Part shown: positions 15,001 to 26,332 of the stretch, piece by piece
How the letters are laid out: the number at the start of each line of letters is the position of its first letter
How positions within the stretch are numbered: the first letter of the stretch is position 1
Origin: Eledone cirrhosa
Lineage: Eukaryota
Direction of reading: 5' to 3'
Assembly: GCA_964016885.1 (NCBI GenBank)
Contig: OZ024740.1
Location: 407,464,001 to 407,528,000 of the forward strand
DNA: 64,000 bases
Program-made: the position numbers and the translations under genes
The notes under the pieces: model-generated
The model's input: the letters and a program-made list of their open reading frames with translations, nothing else
The model's database searches: none
Told to the model about the DNA's origin: nothing

Positions 15001-18000
15001 TCACATCTCACTACTGTCTTCACATCTCTCTACTGTCTTCACATCTCTCTACTGTCTTCACATATCATTGCTGTCCTCACATCTTACTACTGTCTTCACA
15101 TCTTACTACTGTCTTCACATCTCTCTTCTGTCTTCACATCTCACTACTGTCCTCACAACAGTCTACTGTCTTCACGTCCTTCTACTGTCTTTACATCTCT
15201 TTACCGTTTTCACATCTCACTACTGTCCTCACATCTCACTACTGTCTTCACATCTCTCTACTGTCCTCACATCTCTCTACTGTCCTCACATCTCACTACT
15301 GTCTTCACAGCTCTCTACTGTCTTCACATGTCACTACTGTCTTCACATCTCTCTACTGTCCTCACATCTCTCTACTGTCTTAACATCTCTCTACTGTCTT
15401 CATATCTCTCTACTGACTTCACATCCCTCTACTGTCTTCACATCTCAATACTGTCTTCACATCTTTCTACTGTCATCCCAACTCTCTACTGTCCTCACAT
15501 CTCTCTACTGTCTTCACATCTCACTACTGTTTTTACATCTATCTACTGTCTTCACATCTCACTACTGTCTTCACATCTCTCTACTGTCCTCACATCTCTC
15601 TACTGTCTTCACATCTCTCTACTGTCTTCACATCTATCTACTGTCCTCACATCTCTCTACTGTCTTCACATCTCTCTACTGTCTTCACATCTCACTACTG
15701 TCCTCACATCTCACTACTTTCTTCACAACTGTCTTCTTTCTTCACATCTCACTACTGTCCTCACATCTCACTACTGTCTTCACATCTCTCTTCTGTTTTC
15801 ACATCTCTCTACTGTCTTCATATCTATCTACTTTCTTCACATCCCTCTACTGTCTTCACATCTCTCTACTGTCTTCACATCTCACTACTATCTTCACATC
15901 TCTCTTCTGTCTTCACATCTCTCTACTGTCTTCATATCTCTCTACTGACTTCACATCCCTCTACTGTCTTCACATCTCACTACTGTCCTTACATCTCATT
16001 ACTGCCTTCACATCTCTCTACTGCCTTCATATCTCTCTACTGTCTTCACATCGCTCTACTGTCTTCCCATGTCACTACTGTCTTCATATCTGACTACTGT
16101 CTTGACATCTCTCTACTGTCCTCACAACAGTCTACTGTCTTCAAATCTCACTACTGTCTTCACATCTCTCTACTGTCTTCACATCTCATTGCTGTCCTCA
16201 CATCTTACTACTGTCTTCACATCTTACTACTGTCTTCACATCTCTCTTCTGTCTTCACATCTCACTACTGTCCTCACAACAGTCTACTGTCTTCACGTCT
16301 TTCTACTGTTTTTACATCTCTTTACCGTCTTCACATCTCACTACTGTCCTCACATCTCACTACTGCCTTCACATCTCTCTACTGTCCTCCCATCTCTCTA
16401 CTGTCCTCACATCTCACTACTGTCTTCACAGCTCTCTACTGTCCTCACATATCTCTACTGTCTTCACATCTCTCTACTCTCTTCACATCTCACTACTGTC
16501 TTCACATGTCACTCCTGTCTTCACATCTCTCTACTGTCTTAACATCTCTCTACTGTCTTCATATCTCTCTACTGACTTCACATCCCTCTACTGTCTTCAC
16601 ATCTCAATACTGTCTTCACATCTTTCTACTGTCATCCCATCTCTCTACTGTCCTCACATCTCACTACTGTCCTCACATCTCACTACTGTCCTCACATCTC
16701 TCTACTGTCTTCACATTCACTAGTGACCTCACATTTCACTACTGTCTTCACATCTCACTACTGTTTTTACATCTCTCTACTGTCTTCACATCTCACTACT
16801 GTCCTCAGATCTCACTACTTTCTTCACATCTCTCTTCTGTCTTCACATCTCACTACTGTCCTCACATCTCACTACTATCTTCACATCTCTCTTCTGTCTT
16901 CACATATCTCTACTGTCTTCATATCTCTCTACTGTCTTCACATCGCTCTACTGTCTTCCCATCTCACTACTGTCTTCATATCTGACTACTGTCTTCACAT
17001 TTCTTTACTGTCTTCACATCTCATTGCTGTACTCACATCTCACTACTGTCTTCACATCTCTCTACTGTCTTCACATCTCACTACTGTCTTCACATCTCTC
17101 TACTGTCTTCACATCTCTCTACTGTCGTCACATCTCATTGCTGTCCTCACATCTTACTACTGTCTTCACATCTCACTACTGTTTTCACATCTTAATACTG
17201 TCTTCACATCTCACTACTGTCCTCACAATAGTCTACTGTCTTCACGTCTTTCTACTGTCTTTACATCTCTTTACCGTCTTCACATCTCACTACTGTCCTC
17301 ACATCTCACTACTGTCTTCACATCTCTCTACTGTCCTCCCATCTCACTACTGTCCTCACATCTCACTACTGTCTTCACAGCTCTCTACTGTCGTCACATC
17401 TCTCTACTGTCTTCACATCTCTCTACTGTCTTCATATCTCACTACTGTCTTCACACCTCACTACTGTCTTCACATCTCTCTACTGTCTTCACATCTCTCT
17501 ACTGTCTTAACATCTCTCTACTGTCTTCATATCTCTCTACTGACTTCACATCCATCTACTGTCCTCACATCTCACTACTGTCCTCACATCTCTCTACTGT
17601 CCTCACATCTCACTACTGTCTTCACATCTCTCTACTGTCCTTACATCTCACTACTGTCTTCACATCTCACTACTGTTTTCACATCTCACTACTGTCTTCA
17701 CATCTCACTACTGTTTTTACATCTCTCTACAGTCTTCACATCTTACTAGTGTCCTCACATCTCACTACTGTCTTCACTTCTTACTACTGTTTTTACATCT
17801 TACAACTGGCTTCACATCTCACTACTGTCTTCACATCTATGTACTGTCTTCACATCTCTCTACTGTCTTCACATCTCACTACTGTCTCCACATCTCTCTA
17901 CTGTCCTCACATCTCTCTACTGTCCTCACATCTCACTACTGTCTTCACATCTCTCTACTGTCCTTACATCTCACTACTGTCTTCACATCTCACTACTGTT

Positions 18001-21000
18001 TTTACATCTTACTACTGTCTTCACATCTCACTACTGTCTTCACATCTCACTACTGTCCTCACAACAGTCTACTGTCTTCACATCTTTCTACTGTCTTCAC
18101 ATCCCTCCACCATCTTCACATCTCACTACTCTCCTCACATTTCATTACTGTTTTCACATCTCACTACTGTTTTCACATCTCTCTACTGTCCTCACATATC
18201 TCTATTGTCTTCACATCTCTCTACTGTCTCAACATCTCACTACTGTCCTCACATCTCACTACTGTCTTCACATCTCTCTTCTGTCTTCACATCTCTCTAC
18301 TGTCATCATATCTCTCTACTGACTTCACATCCCTCTACTGTCTTCACATCTCTCTACTGTCTTCATATCTCTCTACTGTCTTCACATCTCACTACTTTCT
18401 TCACATCTCTCTACTCTCTTCACATCTTACTACTGTCTTCACATGTCACTACTGTCTTCACATCTCTCTACTGTCTTAACATCTCTCTACTGTCTTCATA
18501 TCTCTCTACTGACTTCACATCCCTCTACTGTCTTCACATCTCAATACTGTCTTCACATCTTTCTACTGTCATCCCATCTCTCTACTGTCCTCACATCTCA
18601 CTACTGTCCTCACATCTCACTACTGTCCTCACATCTCTCTACTGTCTTCACATTCACTAGTGACCTCACATTTCACTACTGTCTTCACATCTCACTACTG
18701 TTTTTACATCTCTCTACTGTCTTCACATCTCACTACTGTCCTCACATCTCACTACTTTCTTCACATCTCTCTTCTGTCTACACATCTCACTACTGTCCTC
18801 ACATCTCACTACTATCTTCACATCTCTCTTCTGTCTTCACATATCTCTACCGTCTTCATATCTCTCTACTGTCTTCACATCGCTCTACTGTCTTCCCATC
18901 TCACTACTGTCTTCATATCTGACTACTGTCTTGACATCTCTGTACTGTCTTCACAACTGTCTACTGTCTTCACATCTCACTACTGTCTTCACATCTCTCT
19001 ACTGTCTTCACATCTCTTTACTGTCTTCACATCTCATTGCTGTACTCACATCTCACTACTGTCTTCACATCTCTCTACTGTCTTCACATCTCACTACTGT
19101 CTTCACATCTCTCTACTGTCTTCACATCTCTCTACTGTCGTCACATCTCATTGCTGTCCTCACATCTTACTACTGTCTTCACATCTTACTACTGTTTTCA
19201 CATCTTAATACTGTCTTCACATCTCACTACTGTCCTCACAATAGTCTACTGTCTTCACGTCTTTCTACTGTCTTTACATCTCTTTACCGTCTTCACATCT
19301 CACTACTGTCCTCACATCTCACTACTGTCTTTACATCTCTCTACTGTCCTCCCATCACACTACTGTCCTCACATCTCACTACTGTCTTCACAGCTCTCTA
19401 CTGTCGTCACATCTCTCTACTGTCTTCACATCTCACTACTGTCTTCACATCTCTCTACTGTCTTCACATCTCTCTACTGTCTTAACATCTCTCTACTGTC
19501 TTCATATCTCTCTACTGACTTCACATCCCTCTACTGTCCTCACATCTCACTACTGTCCTCACATCTCTCTACTGTCTTCACATTCACTAGTGTCCTCACA
19601 TCTCACTACTGTCTTCACATCTCACTACTGTTTTTACATCTATCTACTGTCTTCACATCTCACTACTGTCTTCACATCTCTCCACTGTCTTCACATCTCT
19701 CCACTGTCGTCACATCTCATTGCTGTCCTCACATCTTACTACTGTCTTCACATCTCACTACTGTTTTCACATCTTAATACTGTCTTCACATCTCACTACT
19801 GTCCTCACAATACTCTACTGTCTTCACGTCTTTCTACTGTCTTTACATCTCTTTACCGTCTTCACATCTCACTACTGTCCTCACATCTCACTACTGTCTT
19901 CACATCTCACTACTGTCTCCACATCTCTCTACTGTCCTCACATCTCTCTACTGTCCTCACATCTCACTACTGTCTTCACATCTCTCTACTGTCCTTACAT
20001 CTCACTACTGTCTTCACATCTCACTACTGTTTTTACATCTTACTACTGTCTTCACATCTCACTACTGTCTTCACATCTCACTACTGTCCTCACAACAGTC
20101 TACTGTCTTCACATCTTTCTACTGTCTTCACATCCCTCCACCATCTTCACATCTCACTACTCTCCTCACATTTCATTACTGTTTTCACATCTCACTACTG
20201 TTTTCACATCTCTCTACTGTCCTCACATATCTCTATTGTCTTCACATCTCTCTACTGTCTCAACATCTCACTACTGTCCTCACATCTCACTACTGTCTTC
20301 ACATCTCTCTTCTGTCTTCACATCTCTCTACTGTCATCATATCTCTCTACTGACTTCACATCCCTCTACTGTCTTCACATCTCTCTACTGTCTTCATATC
20401 TCTCTACTGTCTTCACATCTCACTACTTTCTTCACATCTCTCTACTCTCTTTACATCTTACTACTGTCTTCACATGTCACTACTGTCTTCACATCTCTCT
20501 ACTGTCTTAACATCTCTCTACTGTCTTCATATCTCTCTACTGACTTCACATCCCTCTACTGTCTTCACATCTCAATACTGTCTTCACATCTTTCTACTGT
20601 CATCCCATCTCTCTACTGTCCTCACATCTCACTACTGTCCTCACATCTCACTACTGTCCTCACATCTCTCTACTGTCTTCACATTCACTAGTGACCTCAC
20701 ATTTCACTACTGTCTTCACATCTCACTACTGTTTTTACATCTCTCTACTGTCTTCACATCTCACTACTGTCCTCACATCTCACTACTTTCTTCACATCTC
20801 TCTTCTGTCTACACATCTCACTACTGTCCTCACATCTCACTACTATCTTCACATCTCTCTTCTGTCTTCACATATCTCTACCGTCTTCATATCTCTCTAC
20901 TGTCTTCACATCGCTCTACTGTCTTCCCATCTCACTACTGTCTTCATATCTGACTACTGTCTTGACATCTCTGTACTGTCTTCACAACTGTCTACTGTCT

Positions 21001-23545
21001 TCACATCTCACTACTGTCTTCACATCTCTCTACTGTCTTCACATCTCTTTACTGTCTTCACATCTCATTGCTGTACTCACATCTCACTACTGTCTTCACA
21101 TCTCTCTACTGTCTTCACATCTCACTACTGTCTTCACATCTCTCTACTGTCTTCACATCTCTCTACTGTCGTCACATCTCATTGCTGTCCTCACATCTTA
21201 CTACTGTCTTCACATCTTACTACTGTTTTCACATCTTAATACTGTCTTCACATCTCACTACTGTCCTCACAATAGTCTACTGTCTTCACGTCTTTCTACT
21301 GTCTTTACATCTCTTTACCGTCTTCACATCTCACTACTGTCCTCACATCTCACTACTGTCTTTACATCTCTCTACTGTCCTCCCATCACACTACTGTCCT
21401 CACATCTCACTACTGTCTTCACAGCTCTCTACTGTCGTCACATCTCTCTACTGTCTTCACATCTCACTACTGTCTTCACATCTCTCTACTGTCTTCACAT
21501 CTCTCTACTGTCTTAACATCTCTCTACTGTCTTCATATCTCTCTACTGACTTCACATCCCTCTACTGTCCTCACATCTCACTACTGTCCTCACATCTCTC
21601 TACTGTCTTCACATTCACTAGTGTCCTCACATCTCACTACTGTCTTCACATCTCACTACTGTTTTTACATCTATCTACTGTCTTCACATCTCACTACTGT
21701 CTTCACATCTCTCCACTGTCTTCACATCTCTCTACTGTCGTCACATCTCATTGCTGTCCTCACATCTTACTACTGTCTTCACATCTCACTACTGTTTTCA
21801 CATCTTAATACTGTCTTCACATCTCACTACTGTCCTCACAATAGTCTACTGTCTTCACGTCTTTCTACTGTCTTTACACCTCTTTACCGTCTTCACATCT
21901 CACTACTGTCCTCACATCTCACTACTGTCTTCACATCTCTCTACTGTCCTCCCATCTCACTACTGTCCTCACATCTCACTACTGTCTTCACAGCTCTCTA
22001 CTGTCGTCACATCTCTCTACTGTCTTCACATCTCACTACTGTCTTCACATCTCTCTACTGTCTTCACATCTCTCTACTGTCTTAACATCTCTCTACTGTC
22101 TTCATACCTCTCTACTGACTTCACATCCCTCTACTGTCCTCACATCTCACTACTGTCCTCACATCTCTCTACTGTCTTCACATTCACTAGTGTCCTCACA
22201 TCTCACTACTGTCTTCACATCTCACTACTGTTTTTACATCTATCTACTGTTTTCACATCTCACTACTGTCTTCACATCTCACTACTGTTTTTACATCTCT
22301 CTACTGTCTTCACATCTCACTAGTGTCCTCACATCTCACTACTGTCTTCACTTCTTACTACTGTTTTTACATCTTACAACTGGCTTCACATCTCACTACT
22401 GTCTTCACATCTATGTACTGTCTTCACATCTCTCTACTGTCTTCACATCTCACTACTGTCTCCACATCTCTCTACTGTCCTCACATCTCTCTACTGTCCT
22501 CACATCTCACTACTGTCTTCACATCTCTCTACTGTCCTTACATCTCACTACTGTCTTCACATCTCACTACTGTTTTTACATCTTACTACTGTCTTCACAT
22601 CTCACTACTGTCTTCACATCTCACTACTGTCCTCACAACAGTCTACTGTCTTCACATCTTTCTACTGTCTTCACATCCCTCCACCATCTTCACATCTCAC
22701 TACTCTCCTCACATTTCATTACTGTTTTCACATCTCACTACTGTTTTCACATCTCTCTACTGTCCTCGCATATCTCTATTGTCTTCACATCTCTCTACTG
22801 TCTCAACATCTCACTACTGTCCTCACATCTCACTACTGTCTTCACATCTCTCTTCTGTCTTCACATCTCTCTACTGTCATCATATCTCTCTACTGACTTC
22901 ACATCCCTCTACTGTCTTCACATCTCTCTACTGTCTTCATATCTCTCTACTGTCTTCACATCTCACTACTTTCTTCACATCTCTCTACTGTCCTCACATT
23001 TCTCTACTGTCTTCACATCTCTCTACTGTCTTCACATATCTCTACTGTCTTCACATCTCTCTACTGTCCTCACATCTTACTACTGTACGCACATCTCTCT
23101 ACTCTCATCAGATCTCACTACTGTCTTCACATCTCATTACTCTCTTCACATCTCTCTACTGTCCTCACATCTCACTACTGTCCTCACATCTCACTACTGT
23201 CTTCACATCTCACTACTGTCTTCACACCTCTCTCCTATCTTCACATCTCACTACTGTCTTCACATCTCACTGCTCTCCTTACATCTCACTACTGTCTTCA
23301 CATGTCACTACCATCTTCACATCTCACTAATGTCTTCACATGTCACTACTGTCTTCACATCTCACTACTGTCTTCACATTCCACTACTGCCTTCATATCT
23401 CGCTACTGTCTTCCAATCTCTCTACTGTCGTTCGTCACATCTCACTGCCCTCTTCACTTCTCACTACCGTCTTCACATCTTTCTATCATCTTCACATTTC
23501 ACTAACATCTTCTCATCTCTACTATATTCACACATCACTACTCCC
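1..23545. repeat. 19-bp satellite (consensus CACATCTCWCTACTGTCYT), ~1,240 monomers visible, continues past the window start; intronic to FPGS
   Basis: Continuous 19-bp periodicity with occasional 18-bp monomers (CACATTCACTAG). Identical variant blocks recur at 284/4252/7593/10573 and 18660/20691. Monomers degenerate over the last ~500 bp. Confidence 0.98.
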
Positions 23546-23572
23546 TTCATGTATCTCTATTAATATTCCCAG

Positions 23573-23670
23573 GTCTTACATCAAACCAATGGTTAGGACG
23601 TGTACAGATCGTAAAAAGAAACAACATAACTTATTACCTTGATGGTGCACACAATGAAGATAGTATAAAG
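23573..23670 (+). CDS. FPGS: Folylpolyglutamate synthase, internal exon ((G)LTSNQWLGRVQIVKRNNITYYLDGAHNEDSIK)
   Basis: AG at 23571-72, GT at 23671. Contains the WxGR and YLDGAH motifs of FolC/FPGS. 98 nt, phase 1 to phase 0. Confidence 0.93.
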
Positions 23671-24169
23671 GTTTGTTGAAGTCTTCTCATTATGCTACAT
23701 AAATATATAATGTTATCATCATCATCATTATAATGACCATCATCATCCTCATTATTGTTTATTGTTTGTCTTTCCTGCTAGCAATGGTTGGACATGTCAT
23801 CACATATCAGTCAGTACTGAAGGAGAGCCACTGACCTCTACGTGGGCCAAGGACCCAACATAAGATTCCATATCTGCCAAGTGCATTTTATGATGAAAGG
23901 GGGTAGGGGTGATCCTGGATACAGCTTGGCTGGGGATGTATAGTGATACTTAAAATAGCTACTGTTCATACTGCATTTTGTTGGGGGATAAGCAAGTAAA
24001 GGGTGAGGGTGCCGTGAAAGTATGGTTAGCTACCTGGGGTGATATTAGGGAGCGTGGGGATATGTGGATGGGAGTCAGGTCAGGTTTTAGCTACTAAGGG
24101 ATGACAGTGGGAGGTGAAGGGTTTAGTTGATGGGTCAGGTTAAGTTTGAAGCTTCACCAGTAGAGCTTA

Positions 24170-26055
24170 TATCTAACCCCTACAGCTTGTTTTCATCTCT
24201 ATTGTGAGGTTCAGTTTCTTATGGTCAGTCCTCCCTACCTCATCCCATCTCTTCCTGGCTCTGCTTCTTTCCTGAATCCCATCCACTGATATTTCTCTGC
24301 ACTTTTTTATACAGTTGTCATCTTCTATATACATTACATGTCCATATGACTGCAGTCTTCTCTTTTGCACACTATAACCAATTCATCTTATGCCAAGCTT
24401 TAATCTCAGTTCACTTATGTGCTATATCAATCATGGACACTTAGATTACACATCCATCAGAGCATTTCACCATGATATTACATGTATTGAAAAGGGGTGG
24501 GCACAAACTCATCCCCTTTTTGACACATTGAGCAATGCCATTTTCCTGACGATAACAGCTTTCTGTCCTCCTTCCTACTTATTAATATTTTTGTCTTTAT
24601 TAGGTTAAAACTTAGGGCTTTCAATTCTAGGTTTTTCTTCTATGTCTGGGATTTTGCTTCTAACTCTCCAATGGATTCAGCTATAATGGCTAGGTCATCA
24701 GCATACCGGAGTTTCCATGGCATGCTAGTTTAAACATCTCTATAATGTCTTGAAGAACAACAGTCTCCCATAGTAGGACATCTAAGATAGACAGGTCAAG
24801 TGCTCCACTATTTCAGGATCTCTTGGTTTTCTCTAGTATACTGTCTTGCAGTCTGGAACACTTCATGATTTTGATTCTCATGACATAGAACATTTGATTT
24901 TTTCTTTCCTCACTAAGTTTATCTGACACCAAGCCTCTCTTCACTAAGTTTATCTGACACCCAGCCTCTCTTCACTAAGTTTATCTGACACCCAGCCTCT
25001 CTTCACTAAGTTTATCTGACACCCAGCCTCTCTTCACTAAGTTTATCTGACACCCAGCCTCTCTTTACTAAGTTTATCTGACACCCAGCCTATCTGACAC
25101 CCAGCCTCTTCTCACTAAGTTTATCTGACACCCAGCCTCTCTTCACTAAGTTTATCTGACACCCAGCCTCTCTTCACTAAGTTTATCTGACACCCAGCCT
25201 CTCTTCACTAAGTTTATCTGACACCCAGCCTATCTGACACCCAGTCTCTTCTCACTAAGTTTATCTGACACCCAGCCTCTCTTCACTAAGTTTATCTGAC
25301 ACCCAGCCTATCTGACACCCAGCCTCTTCTCACTAAGTTTATCTGACACCCAGCCTCTCTTCACTAAGTTTATCTGACACCCAGCCTCTCTTCACTAAGT
25401 TTATCTGACACCCAGCCTCTCTTCACTAAGTTTATCTGACACCCAGCCTCTCTTCACTAAGTTTATCTGACACCCAGCCTCTCTTCACTAAGTTTATCTG
25501 ACACCCAGCCTCTCTTCACTAAGTTTATCTGACACCCAGCCTCTCTTCACTAAGTTTATCTGACACCCAGCCTCTCCTCACTAAGTTTATCTGACACCCA
25601 GCCTTTCCTCACTAAGTTTATCTGACACCCAGCCTCTCTTCACTAAGTTTATCTGACACCCAGCCTCTCTTCAAGTTATTAGGTATTGCTCTCTGTTTTT
25701 CCCTTTGCTCCAGTTTTACCAGGATTGTCTTTTTGTTTTTACGGCTCTATCTACCCTATCATTTCACCACTGTATCACTCTCCCATTTCCATGTCTTCCT
25801 TCTCCAGACTGGCTTACTCCAAGGTCTCTGACTACTAATCTATGTTGAAAGGAATATTCTACATCAGGGAAGGATTTGGCATTTATGACCATTCACTTAT
25901 CTCATTTCCTGGTGAGAATGAAGTCTATTTGTCTTGTATGCCTCACTGGATGGTTGGTAAACAGATAGCTAGCTGGTTTCCTGAGGTTTGTATTGCTGAT
26001 TATTAAGTAGAGAATATCACAAGAACTCCAGAAGCTTTCACCCCTCCTCATTTCT
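24170..26055 (-). mobile_element. Heavily decayed RTE-clade LINE (EN, RT and C-terminal remnants) containing a minisatellite
   Basis: Minus-strand remnants RRLQSYGHVM..ED (24173-24370), PWKLRYADDLAIIAES (~24660-24725), EVFQTARQYTRENQE (~24820-24870) and NEEG..LLEF (~26020-26052), collinear with the RTE at 37.7-40.7 kb. Confidence 0.8.
24911..25672. repeat. 31-bp minisatellite (CACTAAGTTTATCTGACACCCAGCCTCTCTT), ~23 units, with three 16-bp internal sub-duplications
   Basis: Near-perfect tandem units. Extra TATCTGACACCCAGCC segments at ~25091, 25231 and 25309. Confidence 0.97.
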
Positions 26056-26059
26056 GTAT

Positions 26060-26175
26060 ATATAATATAATGAAATTATTGTGTACAGTGCTCAGGTGCA
26101 CTACAACTCATCAAAGGTGCATGTATAGTACATAGAATAATGTACAAATGCCAGGAAAATAAACAGTGTATGAGT
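26060..26175 (-). mobile_element. Older, 5'-truncated 3'-end copy of the same CR1 family
   Basis: Diverged copy of 26199-26310 (AATGAAAT.ATTGTG.ACAGTGC.CAGGTGCAC.ACAAC.CATCAAA...). Confidence 0.75.
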
Positions 26176-26332
26176 CATGATATAATAACAATAACAATAA
26201 TGAAATATTGTGCACAGTGCCCAGGTGCACCACAACCCATCAAAAAAGTGCATGTACAGTACATAGGGCAATGCACAAACATCAGTAAAATGAACAGTGC
26301 ACACATGTGTGCATGTGTATGGAAGGGGCACA

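Noticed and set aside
23300-23320. Satellite core TCTCACTAC equals the antisense of the RTE HGSET codons (e.g. 47397-47405, 33254-33262)
   Set aside because: Only a 9-10 bp match with no flanking RTE homology, too short to claim a LINE origin for the satellite.
60-23563. Dozens of long + strand ORFs (up to 735 aa, SLLSSHLTTVFTSHYCLHI repeats)
   Set aside because: Artefact of a 19-bp unit with no stop codon on this strand. The same peptide appears in all three frames and 18-bp monomers shift frame freely.
1-25672. CRISPR-like appearance of the tandem arrays
   Set aside because: No unique spacers, no cas genes, and a spliced eukaryotic context.
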